NCBI GenBank assembly: GCA_963766075.1
Contig: CAVYAN010000091.1
Span: forward strand, 1 to 35,611
DNA length: 35,611 nt
Reading direction: 5' to 3'
Origin: an uncultured cyanobacterium
GTDB taxonomy: Bacteria; Cyanobacteriota; Cyanobacteriia; Leptolyngbyales; Leptolyngbyaceae
Both the position numbers and the translations under genes were made by a program. Below are positions 20,124-31,104 of the stretch, one piece after another. Position 1 is the stretch's first letter; every line of letters begins with the position of its first letter. Below the pieces are notes generated by a model. It was not told the DNA's origin. It saw only the letters and a program-made list of their open reading frames with translations, and ran no database searches.

Positions 20124-20131
20124 AAAATCGA

Positions 20132-21881
20132 ATGTCTAAGTTTTTGTTCAAGTCTTTACTAGTTGGTCCTGCCGTTGTGGGGACTGCCCTAGTTATGTCC
20201 TCTGCGGCGATCGCTGCTGAATCGAAAGTAGTTAGCGAAGCGCCCCAAGCCGTCATTGAAGCTGCACCTATTGCCACTGCACCTAGTGCGATTGCGCCCA
20301 GCGCCCCCCTTGTTGTGGCCCAAGCCGCTCCGGTCTCCTCTCTGGACCAAGTGAATCAGTACAGCCGTGAAGGTCGTGCCACCAACGTCATGGGTCAAGT
20401 GACCTCTGTGTCTCAACTGTCTGATGTCAAGCCTACGGATTGGGCGTTTCAAGCGCTGCAATCCTTAGTTGAGCGCTACGGTTGCATCGTCGGCTATCCC
20501 GACAAAACCTTCCGGGGCAACCGCGCCATGACTCGCTATGAGTTCGCTGCTGGTCTAAATGCGTGCATGGACCGCGTTAACGAGTTGATCGGCGCAGCTA
20601 CTGCGGATTTGGTTAAGAAAGAAGACCTGGAAACCCTGAAGAAGCTGCAAGAAGAGTTCGCGGCTGAACTGGCTACCCTGCGTGGTCGTGTGGATGCCCT
20701 CGAAGCCCGCACTGCCACCCTTGAAAAGCAACAGTTCTCCACCACCACTAAGCTCTCCGGCGAAGTCATTTTCGCGATTACTGACGAAATTGGTCAGCCC
20801 GTTAACAATAACCCTGTCTTCCAAGACCGGGTTCGTCTTGCTTTGAACACCAGCTTTACTGGCAAGGATCTGTTGATTACCCGTTTGGCTGCCGGAAATG
20901 CAGGATACCTTCGATCTTACCGGGAGCTTGGGGACCGCAGGTGAAGGGACTCAAACCTTTAACTACGGTAACACCGGTGGAAACTCTGTATTTGCTGATT
21001 GGGTTGCTTACTACTTCCCGGTGGGTGAAAAAACTAAGTTCTACCTGGCTGCTGTTGCGGGCTTGCATTATGATTACGCCCCCACTAACTCTGGCCCTCA
21101 AGAAGCTTACGACGGTGGTACTGGCGCGCTTTCTATCTTTGCGCAACGTAACCCCATCTACTCCATTGGGGGTGGTGCTGGTTTGGGCGTAAACTTTGAC
21201 TTCAACAAGTCTGTTTCCTTCAGTCTTGGCTATTTGGCTAACGATGGTGTTGGCAATGGTGGTGCTAACATTCCGACTGCAACGAATGGTCTGTTTGATG
21301 GCAGCTATAGCGCCCTTGCTCAAATTACCTTTAAGCCTAGCGATGCCTTTTCTGTGGGCTTGACCTATGTCAACGCTTTCCGCAACAACGGTAACTCCAT
21401 TTTTGATGGCGGTGGTTCTCCTCGTAGCGCCTCTGTTGGGACTTTGCACTCTAACCTGAGCACCTTGGGTGGAAGTGCAGAAGTAAATGCCTTTGGTATT
21501 TCAGCGGCCTATAAGTTTAGCTCTGCCTTAGTTGTGAACGGTTACTTCACCTATGCCACGGCTGATTACGCTGGGTTTGGCAGCAAAGCGGATATTTTGA
21601 CCTACGCTCTCGGTCTCTCTTTGCCTGACTTTGGCAAGAAAGGCAACCTCTTGGGTTTTGTGGTTGGGGCTGAGCCTTATGTCACCAATCCAAACTCTGT
21701 TGGGATTCCAGCACCTCTGAATACAAAGGATGTGCCTTTGCATATTGAAGGGTTCTACAAGTACCAACTTACCGACAACATCTCTGTTACCCCTGGTGTA
21801 ATTTGGGTGATTAACCCCGGTCAGAATACCAACAATGATGACGTCATCATTGGTACCGTTCGGACTACTTTTACCTTCTAG
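20132..21881 (+). CDS. SLH-domain / OprB-type outer-membrane porin; indel at ~20895-20910
   Basis: QVTSVSQLSDVKPTDWAFQALQSLVERYGC, QFSTTTKL, terminal RTTFTF; two overlapping frames. Confidence 0.93.
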
Positions 21882-21930
21882 TCTGAACGTTCTCTACTCT
21901 GTTTCTCAGGTTGAGAAAATTTGATGAATG

Positions 21931-21961
21931 AGGAGCTTCTCTGAAAGGAAGCTCCTTTTTT
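21931..21961 (+). terminator. Intrinsic terminator of porin 1
   Basis: AGGAGCTTC-TCTGAAAG-GAAGCTCCT followed by a T run. Confidence 0.85.
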
Positions 21962-21988
21962 GTGTTGTGGTCACTCTACCGTTTCCTT

Positions 21989-22726
21989 GTGTCCTTTGAC
22001 CATCTTTGCAAACGGCTGTTAGAAAGATACCCCGATCGCTTTGCCGCTTGGATTTTAGGCGAATTGTCGCCGTCTTCCATCACGATCCTCAAAACTGAGC
22101 TCGGTATTGAACCCATTCGGGCCGATTCTCTGACCTTGCTGCAAACTGGCCAACGGATTTTACAGATCGAGTTTCAAACGCGGTGGCAATCCGATCCGCC
22201 CTTGCCCATTCGCATGCTGGATTACTGGGTGCGGCTCTATCGCCTGCATCGGTTACCCATCACCCAGGTTGTGGTGTCAGCCTTATTGCCCCTAGCAGCC
22301 TTGGCCGCAACCTCTAACCCAGAGGAGTTGCTGATCCAGACCGTTGAGCAAATCAGTAAGATAGAATCAGTTCAGCAAAGAAACGAGGTGTTCAACTATG
22401 CCCAAATCATGGCTGGGCTCCGGCTAAATAAACAATTGATTCGACAGATATTTCGGGAGGGGATTATGCGCGAGTCCGTAATCTATCAAGAAATCCTGCA
22501 GGAAGGCCGACAAGAGGGCCGCCAAGAAGGCCGACAAGAGGGCCGCCAAGAAGGAGAACAATCGCTGATTTTGCGATTATTAACCAGACGTGTTGGGGTA
22601 TTACCTAGCCATATCCAAGTTCGGGTAGACGCATTGCCTGCCGATCAGTGGGCAGATCTAGGAGAGGCGCTGTTGGACTTTCGCGGCCTAGCAGACCTAG
22701 AGACGTGGCTGGGCCAAAGCGAATAA
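21989..22726 (+). CDS. Rpn family PD-(D/E)xK nuclease with C-terminal DUF4351
   Basis: FDHLCKRL, TELGIEPIRADSL, IEFQT, RMLDYWVRL, MRESVIYQEI, (EGRQ)n, LGEALLDF...DLETWL; GTG start inferred. Confidence 0.88.
   Translation: MSFDHLCKRLLERYPDRFAAWILGELSPSSITILKTELGIEPIRADSLTLLQTGQRILQIEFQTRWQSDPPLPIRMLDYWVRLYRLHRLPITQVVVSALLPLAALAATSNPEELLIQTVEQISKIESVQQRNEVFNYAQIMAGLRLNKQLIRQIFREGIMRESVIYQEILQEGRQEGRQEGRQEGRQEGEQSLILRLLTRRVGVLPSHIQVRVDALPADQWADLGEALLDFRGLADLETWLGQSE
22466..22726 (+). CDS. Candidate in-frame internal product (RpnS-like, 86 aa)
   Basis: GGGAGGGG at 22455-22462 just before the in-frame ATG of MRESVIYQ. Confidence 0.45.
   Translation: MRESVIYQEILQEGRQEGRQEGRQEGRQEGEQSLILRLLTRRVGVLPSHIQVRVDALPADQWADLGEALLDFRGLADLETWLGQSE
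22499..22554 (+). repeat. Coding tandem repeat (QEGR)n
   Basis: 24-bp unit CA(G/A)GAAGGCCGACAAGAGGGCCGC x2 plus a partial copy. Confidence 0.85.
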
Positions 22727-22835
22727 AAAACGTGTGCCATGCCAAAAGGCCATTTGGTTGTTTCTAAAACCGCATTTTCTTCTTGTAAAATTCACAGATT
22801 CGGCTGCTAACCCCCTGCCTGCAAAAAAGATGTGG

Positions 22836-22885
22836 TGTATGCTAGGTAGCAGAAGCCGGTCAGCAGTGTCTGTTCGGCTTCTGTT
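22836..22885 (+). promoter_or_regulatory. Candidate -10 element and 5' leader hairpin of porin 2
   Basis: TATGCT (22838-22843), then AGCAGAAGCCG...CGGCTTCTGTT 11-bp stem. Confidence 0.5.
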
Positions 22886-22977
22886 GAGAGTTACGATCAA
22901 TCTGGTTTTGGGGTGCACTGTGGAATAATTTCTACGGCAATCCTGAATGCCCTCTAGGTGTGAGATGGAATTTAACT

Positions 22978-24608
22978 ATGTCTAATGCAATTTTGAAGTC
23001 TTTTCTGGCCATGCCAGCTCTAGGTGTAGTTTTGGCGGTAGGTGCGATCGCCCCAGCCAATGCTCAATCGGCTCCTGTGAATTCCTTGGCGCAAGTGGGT
23101 GCTTATAGCGCTGAAGGCGCAGGCACGGCAGAACTCGATCAAGTCACCTCTGTGTCTCAACTGTCTGATGTCAAGCCGACGGATTGGGCCTTCCAAGCAT
23201 TGCAATCCTTGGTCGAGCGCTATGGTTGCATTGTTGGCTACCCTGATAAAACTTTCCGGGGCAACCGTGCCATGACCCGTTACGAGTTTGCAGCGGGTTT
23301 GAATGCTTGCATGGACCGCGTTAACGAATTGATTGCTGCGGGTACGGCTGATCTGGTTAAAAAGGAAGACCTGGAAACCCTGAAGAAAATGCAGGAAGAG
23401 TTTGCCGCTGAACTGGCAACCCTGCGTGGTCGGGTCGATGGCCTAGAAGCGCGCACCGCTACTCTAGAGAAGCAACAGTTTTCCACCACCACCAAGCTGC
23501 GAGGCGAAGTGATCTTCAGTTTGGCAGGCGTTGTCGGTGAGAAGCCGTGCGTGGCAAAGTGGCGCTCTTTCATGATAACACAACTTTAGCGATCGCGTTC
23601 GCCTCAGCTTAAATACCAGCTTTGGCGGTAAAGACTTGCTGATGACTCGTCTTCAAGCCCGCAATACGCCTGATTTGGCAGCAGCGACCGGCACTAACAT
23701 GGCACGGCTTGTCTTATGAAGGGCGCGGTGACAATATCGATTTAACGGTGGATAAGCTGTGGTATCAATTTCCCCTAGGTGACAAAACAATGATTCGTGT
23801 TGATGCGATGGGCGGTGAGTTCTACAACAACGTCCCCAACTTCAACCCCTTGTTGTCCAGTGATGCACAAGGCTCAATTTCTCGCTTTGGCCGTTTTAAC
23901 CCCATCTATCGTCCTGCGCAGGGGGGAGCAGGCGCTACCGCAAATTTCAAGTTCGCTGATAAGGTGACGTCTTTCCGCTGGGTTCTTGCCCAAAATGCTA
24001 ATGATCCCAAGCAATGAAAATGGTGTATTTGACGGTTCTAACGCTGCCCTGGCTCAAATTGCATTCAAGCCCAGCAAAGCCTTCGACATTGGTTTGACTT
24101 ACCTTCGTTCTTACAACCGAGGGTTGCCTGGCCTCAAGCCAACAATAACCCCCTCTCCGGTGGGCTACGGGCAGTGCTCTTGCCAATGCACCCTTTGGTG
24201 TTAATATGGCGACCACTGCGGATAACTTTGGACTAGAAGCATCGTTTAAGTTTAGTCCTCAAATTGTGGCTTCCGGATGGGTTGGCTACTCGGATGCGCC
24301 AATTCTAAGGCTACCAATGCGAATGCTGACATTTGGAACTGGGCGGTTACCCTGGCCTTCCCGGATTTAGGTAAGAAAGGCAACTTCGCGGGCATTATTG
24401 TTGGTGATACCTCCTAAGGTCACCAACAACGATATTGCGGCCAGTGAAAATAACGATACCTCCCTTCATGTAGAGGCGCTTTATCGTTATCAAATCAGCA
24501 GCAATATCTCCATTACACCAGGTCTATTGGTGATTTTTAACCCCGAGCACAACGACAACAACGATACGATTTACGTGTGGTACTGTTCGGACCACTTTCT
24601 CCTTCTAG
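22978..24608 (+). CDS. Second SLH/OprB porin, broken by several indels (probably read errors)
   Basis: SLH motif as in porin 1; fragments DRVRLSLNTSF, SISRFGRFNPIYR, FPDLGKKGN, LHVEALYRYQ and terminal GTVRTTFSF in shifting frames. Confidence 0.85.
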
Positions 24609-24669
24609 ATTCTGGATACTAGATGCCTAGAAAGCGAATTCGCTGAGTTGATGTGCTGAGTTAAATATG

Positions 24670-24692
24670 GCCCCACTATAGTGGGGCTTTTT
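24670..24692 (+). terminator. Intrinsic terminator of porin 2
   Basis: GCCCCACTATAGTGGGGC palindrome followed by TTTTT. Confidence 0.82.
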
Positions 24693-24725
24693 AGTGCCTT
24701 TTTTATTGAATTCCTCCAATCCTTT

Positions 24726-24753
24726 AAACCCGACCGGGGAACCGTAGTATAAT
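24726..24753 (+). promoter_or_regulatory. -10 element (TATAAT) with possible overlapping Rrf2 operator
   Basis: AAACCCGACCGGGGAACCGTAGTATAAT, 35 nt upstream of the Rrf2 start. Confidence 0.4.
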
Positions 24754-24787
24754 CAAACTATCTTGAAAACCTGTTGTTGTTTGACCC

Positions 24788-25225
24788 GTGGAACTTTCTT
24801 GTAAAAATGAATATGCATTATTGGCCTTAATTGAGTTGGCCGCCCACCATACTCGGGGAGAGCCTCTGCAGATTCGCCAGATTTCTGCTCTCCAGCAAAT
24901 TCCCGATCGCTATTTAGAACAGCTCCTCGCCACCCTCCGTCGTTGCGGACTAGTACGCTCCCAACGCGGTGCCAAGGGCGGCTATATTTTGGCCCGCGAA
25001 CCCTGGAAAATTAGCCTCTTGGAGGTTATGGACTGTCTTGAAGGCGCAGACGCTCAGACTACAGAGAAAGATGCTATTCCCCGCAGCATCGAGAGTACGA
25101 TTATCCGTGAAGCTTGGCAAGAGGCCCATCAAGCGGCAAATGCTGTGCTTCAAGGGTGGACATTACAGGATCTCTGCGAAAAACGGGATTCCCGGCAACA
25201 GCTCGATATCATGTATTACATTTAG
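24788..25225 (+). CDS. Rrf2 family transcriptional regulator (CymR-like)
   Basis: YLEQLLATLRR, VRSQRGAKGGY, terminal MYYI; lacks the IscR Cys triad; upstream of cysK. Confidence 0.9.
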   Translation: MELSCKNEYALLALIELAAHHTRGEPLQIRQISALQQIPDRYLEQLLATLRRCGLVRSQRGAKGGYILAREPWKISLLEVMDCLEGADAQTTEKDAIPRSIESTIIREAWQEAHQAANAVLQGWTLQDLCEKRDSRQQLDIMYYI

Positions 25226-25284
25226 GCGTTTTGGAATGACTGCGCCATCTGACAATTACCTTAAACTACATCAACACTCTCATC

Positions 25285-26247
<963 letters not shown>

Positions 26248-26347
26248 TCGTTAATGGCTATCAGCTCTGTAGCTGTTTTAGTGTGCCGATGTTCAGTTTC
26301 AAGCAAATGCTGTCTCAGGGCTAAGTCAGTAAAATGGTTGCGTTGCG

Positions 26348-26398
26348 ATCGCTTAGGCGACTGCCGGTCAATAATCGCTTAGGCGATTTCCGGCAAAT
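26348..26398. repeat. ~27-bp degenerate tandem duplication
   Basis: ATCGCTTAGGCGACTGCCGGTCAAT / ATCGCTTAGGCGATTTCCGGCAAAT. Confidence 0.7.
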
Positions 26399-26403
26399 GA
26401 TAG

Positions 26404-26458
26404 ACCTGCTGGCTACCCTACAGAGAGCAAGCCCCGGCTCCGCTCAACCAGCGAGAGC
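26404..26458 (-). repeat. Inverted, diverged copy of the composite REP-like unit at 18278-18328
   Basis: Reverse complement TCTCGCTGGTTGAGCGGAGCCG...GCTCTCTGTAGGGTAGCCAGC vs TCTCGCTGGCTGAGCGGAGTCG...GCTTCCCGCAGGGTAGCCAGC. Confidence 0.78.
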
Positions 26459-26605
26459 TGGTATAGTTTTTTCTGGAAATCGCCTTAGAGCCTGAAATCT
26501 AGTCAATAGATATCTGTATATCAAGAAAATTTGAATTCCTTGAGGTGCCCCTTACATTGCAGGCGGTGCCTTTTGTAGCAATGGTCCATGCTTTACAATG
26601 GCAAG

Positions 26606-27325
26606 ATGGCGACTCCGGATCACTACCGTACGTTAGAAATTTCCCCGACGGCAACCCAGGCAGAGATTAAGCATGCGTACCGACGGTTAGCGAAGCTATT
26701 TCATCCTGATGGCAACCGCGACACGGCGAATCATGAAAAAATTGCGGGTGTAAATGCTGCTTACGAAGTTCTTAGTGATCCAGAGCAGCGGCATTCCTAC
26801 GATCAGCAACAGCGTTATCATGCCCGAATGGCTGCGGCAGGGTTTGCAGTTGATCACACAACCCGACATGAGCGGACAGCAGCGGCCCAAGCGTATTATC
26901 GTCAGCACAAAACGAGTTCCCAACAAGCCGATACGGATTTAGAACGTTGGCTCAAACGCGTTTACATGCCGGTCAGTCGATTTATTCTCAATATCCTGAA
27001 GCCTTTGCAGGACCAGCTTGATGAATTGGCGGCAGATCCTTTTGATGATGACCTGATGGATCAATTTCAAGCCTACCTGGAGGACTGTCGGAAGCTCCTA
27101 GAGAGAGCTGAGGCCAGCTTCAAGTCGCTGCCGAACCCAGCCAATGTTGCCAGTGTGGCGGCTAACTTGTACTACTGCATGAATCAGATCGAAGATGCAC
27201 TGGAGCAGTTTGAGTTTTTTGCGATGAATTATGACGAAAACTATCTGCATACAGGAAAAGAGATGTTTCGGATTGCAGCGGGACTTAGGCGCGAGGCGCA
27301 GGCTGGAGTGCGATCGCTTAAGTAG
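26606..27325 (+). CDS. J-domain (type III DnaJ-like) protein
   Basis: DHYRTLEI, YRRLAKLFHPD (HPD motif), VNAAYEVLSDP; alternative ATG at 26588. Confidence 0.9.
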   Translation: MATPDHYRTLEISPTATQAEIKHAYRRLAKLFHPDGNRDTANHEKIAGVNAAYEVLSDPEQRHSYDQQQRYHARMAAAGFAVDHTTRHERTAAAQAYYRQHKTSSQQADTDLERWLKRVYMPVSRFILNILKPLQDQLDELAADPFDDDLMDQFQAYLEDCRKLLERAEASFKSLPNPANVASVAANLYYCMNQIEDALEQFEFFAMNYDENYLHTGKEMFRIAAGLRREAQAGVRSLK

Positions 27326-27423
27326 GTACTTTTTTGCGAATGCCGCAGATACCTGCCGCAGATACTGATAGGCATTACGTTTAGATTAGTAAATTTTAAG
27401 GAGAAAAATAGCTCCATCCAGGG

Positions 27424-27451
27424 AACTCCGATCAGTATTCATCGGAGTTTT
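27424..27451 (+). terminator. Hairpin / possible terminator after the J-domain gene
   Basis: AACTCCGAT-CAGTATTC-ATCGGAGTT followed by TT. Confidence 0.5.
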
Positions 27452-27644
27452 GAACTTGCGTTCCTCAAAATGCCTGAGAGCAAAGCCCATTGGTTCTCAG
27501 GTATTTTGCATCTGGAACAAAAGACTGTAAAAAATTGGTGATTTATGGAGGATCTGTCCGTTCTGGTTGGGAATAATCACCTTACGGGGCGTAGCATCTC
27601 ACAGGCCGCTCGCAAACCGTTCGTCCGACAGGAGATTCTTGTTT

Positions 27645-30130
27645 ATGTCGTCCCATGGGAATTTGTTACAGGCAGGAGCCGCCGCGTTGCAACAACAGCG
27701 CTATGCCGATGCGGTGCAAATGTTGGAAGAGTTTTGTTACAGCCAGACCGATACGACCCCTAAAGAGCAGATCCAAGCCCAAATGTGGCTGGTGAAAGCC
27801 TACCAGGAAAATGGCCAGGTGCTCCAGGCGATCGCCCTATGTCAGCAAATGACAACCGAGTCCTACCCTACTCAGGTCCAGGTGTGGGCGAAGCGGATTT
27901 TGCCCACCCTCGATCCGACAGCGGACCTGTCCCCTGATCCCATCTCCAATTCGGCTGCCAATGGAGAAACTTTCAATCCAGAGGCTGCTGAATTAGAAGA
28001 GATGGCGGATGACGGTTCAAACGCCTCGGTGCCAACCCTCTCTCCCGAAGAATCCGCCGCCCTGCTAGAAAAAGGCAACGGCAGTCTGAAAATGCGACAA
28101 TTTGCCCAAGCGGTTGCCGCCTTGTCCGCCTATTGTCAGGGAACAGACCCCACTGCTCCTGGCTATGGACAGGCCCAAATGTGGTTGGTGAAAGCATACA
28201 AGGGCAATGATCAATTAGAGGCGGCGATCGCCCTGTGTCGCGAACTATTAGACAGCGACAAAGCCTACATCAAAATTTGGGCGAAGCAGTACATGCAAAC
28301 CCTGGCCCCCGGTGAACCTTTGCCAGAAGCCGCCCCCGCCGCCGGCCCGAATTCTGCTAGTCCTGCCTTAAACCCGGATGCGACGGCGGATGCCCAGGGC
28401 ACACCGCCATCAATGCCCAAGGCCGGACGAGCAAAACAGCGCAGCGTCAAGCTGGCGATGAAGGGCGTCGCGGCCAACCTGGCTGTGGCCTCAGGCGGCA
28501 CGTTAGTCTTGCTGTTTGGCATGATTTTGGTGTTGGTGCTGACCCTGTCGCTGATTATGAACAGCGAAAATCCCACCCAGGGGTTTCTGCTTTCCGTATT
28601 AATCACCATCGCCTTTAACCTGGCTGTCTTTTTCCTGTCGCCGTTTGTCATGGATTTGATTCAGCAGTGGTTTTATCAAACTCGGTGGTCAACGATTTCC
28701 GAGGTGGAGCGCCTCAGTCCGGAAACTGGCAGAGTGCTGCGGGAAGTTTGCCAAAAATATCGGATTCAGCAGCCCCGCCTAGGGATTATTGCCGACGATA
28801 ACCCCACTGCTTTTACCTACGGTTCGCTGCCCAATTCGGCACGGTTGGTGGTGAGTCGGGGGTTATTTAAGTATTTGGACGATGACGAAGCCGCCGCCGT
28901 ATACGCCCACGAGTTGGGGCATATCGTTCACTGGGACTTTGCCGTGATGACGCTAGCTAGCACCCTGGTGCAAATCACGTATTTGATCTACAGCTATGCC
29001 CGCGAAATCTCCCAAAAATTAGGCAACAGCGATGTGGAAAAGTCCATTAAAAATGGCCTGCAAAGCGCGGTGTGGATGGCCTACCTTTTCTACATGGTGG
29101 GCGAGTATTTAGTGCTGTACCTTTCCCGCACTCGAGAGTACTATGCGGACCATTTTGCTGCTGAAGTGACAGGCAATCCCAATGCGCTATCACGGGCATT
29201 GGTCAAGATTGCCTACGGCATTTTGGAAGAAGGCACGCGTAATCCAGAACCCAGCCGGATGTTACAGGGAACTCGGGCCTTGGGCATTGCTGATCCCAAG
29301 GGCGCAGCCTTGACCGGTACGGCCTATCGGGTTGCCACAGAGCCGGGGAAGGTGGGCCGGGTGTTTCTCTGGGATATGTTTAATCCCTGGGCCTGGTGGA
29401 CGGAGTTGAATTCTACCCATCCCCTGACGGGAAAGCGGGTGCGCGCGCTCAGTACCTATGCGGAACAGTTGGGAATTGATGCGGAATTCGACATGGCGAA
29501 AGTGGTCCAGGAGGGCAAAAAGCTGAACAAACGCAAGCTGTATGGTAATTTTGTCCTGGATTTGGGGCTGATGCAGGCGCAGTGGCTGGGGATGATTTTA
29601 GGGGCGGTGCTCGGTGGCCTGACGGGTAAACCGCTGATGATCGTGGCGGGTTTGGCGATCGGGTTTGGCCTGGGCACGTTGACGCGCCTGTTTGTCATGT
29701 ATCCCAGTTATTACAAGGCTCCTGCTACCGATATTCTGTCGCTGATGGGCGATCCCTATGCCAGTCCGTTGCGCGGGCGTCCGGTCAAGCTCACAGGTGA
29801 GATTATTGGGCGGGGGATTCCAGGCTATCAAGCAGGGTCGGAACTGCAACTGCAAGATGCCACCGGTCTAACGTTTCTGCGCTATGCCTCCTTCTTAGGG
29901 CCGTTGGGGAATTTCTTCTTTGGCGCGAGTAAGGCGGAGCAATACATTGATGCCAAGGTGGTTGTGGTGGGCTGGTTTCGGCGGAGTGGGGCGGGCTGGA
30001 TTGATCTGGTGCGGATGAATTGCAATCGCGCCCCCACGGTCAACAGCTATCCCCGCACCTGGGACATGATTCTAGGGCTCTGGCCGTAACGTTGGGATTG
30101 GCGTTCTTGCCCGCGGCCCTAATGGGATAG
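27645..30130 (+). CDS. M48 (HtpX-like) zinc protease with duplicated TPR-like N-terminus; probable indel at ~30076-30079
   Basis: PTAFTYG, HELGH, LSRTREYYAD, STHP; AGGAG upstream of ATG 27645; alternative frame ALAVTLGLAFLPAALMG ends at TAG 30130. Confidence 0.88.
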
Positions 30131-30288
30131 GCCCAGATGGATAGCCCAAAAGGGTTAGTCTGAGTGGCTTGACGACTCAATCTAGCTAGATTTCTCCTAG
30201 GAGTGTCGGGTATGGTGAGAACTGTCGCCATACCTGATTTTTTATGCGGTTTGAATGTGGCACGGCTGAATTGGGCGCATCATGTCTC

Positions 30289-30900
30289 GTGGAACCTGCG
30301 ATCGCACCAGAATGGCTATCGCGATCATCGCTGGATGTGGCCCCCGACCTCGTGGGCTGCTGGCTGGTGCGGCAGTTGCCCAGTGGCGAAGTGGTGCGGG
30401 GCCTAATCGTGGAAACGGAAGCCTACACCGTAGACGATCCAGCGTGCCATGCCTATCGACGGCGGACACCCCGGAATGCGGTGATGTTTGGGCCTGCGGG
30501 GATGGCCTATGTGTATTTAATCTACGGCATCTATCACTGCCTGAATGTGGTGACGGATCGGGATGGGGTTCCCAGTGCTGTGCTGATTCGAGCGGTGCAG
30601 TTGGATCAGTTGCCGCCGGGCGTGCCCCCAAAAAAGGAAAAATTGGCTCGCGTTGCCGCCGGTCCGGGTAAGCTATGCCGCGCTTTACAAATTGACTTGA
30701 GCCATACGGCGCGGCCCTTTGCCCAAAATCAAGGGCTGTGGTTAGAACGGCGATCGCCCCCGTGGCAAACACAATTTGACCGGGGAGAACTTTCGCTGGT
30801 CCAAACGACCCGGATTGGCCTTACCCAGGGGATCGAATTACCCTGGCGTTGGTACCTAGCCGATTGCCCTGCGGTCAGTCGGTTGGCAGTTCTGCCATAG
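30289..30900 (+). CDS. mpg: DNA-3-methyladenine glycosylase (MPG/AAG family)
   Basis: [43 protein letters not shown]; start uncertain (30244 or 30289). Confidence 0.92.
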   Translation: MEPAIAPEWLSRSSLDVAPDLVGCWLVRQLPSGEVVRGLIVETEAYTVDDPACHAYRRRTPRNAVMFGPAGMAYVYLIYGIYHCLNVVTDRDGVPSAVLIRAVQLDQLPPGVPPKKEKLARVAAGPGKLCRALQIDLSHTARPFAQNQGLWLERRSPPWQTQFDRGELSLVQTTRIGLTQGIELPWRWYLADCPAVSRLAVLP

Positions 30901-31104
30901 GCCGATGCCGTCAATGCGGAGGAGTTCCGCAACTGCCCCCATGCCGGAGGCAGAACTTTTGCCATAAGCTGATGGGAGGCGCTATCGGCTGATGAGATTC
31001 GCCGTAAGCTATAGGTAGGTTCTGTAGGATGGCATCAGGGCAACCCTCATAGTGCCTCTGCCCAACGACTCAGTGAAACGCTTTAGAACAGTTTAAATTT
31101 CTCC

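Noticed and set aside
16960..21881. dgdA and porin 1 as split genes or pseudogenes
   Set aside because: A single-base correction restores each full frame; no other decay seen
21989..22726. Rpn gene as an IS element
   Set aside because: No terminal inverted repeats or target duplication seen; Rpn proteins are not established transposases
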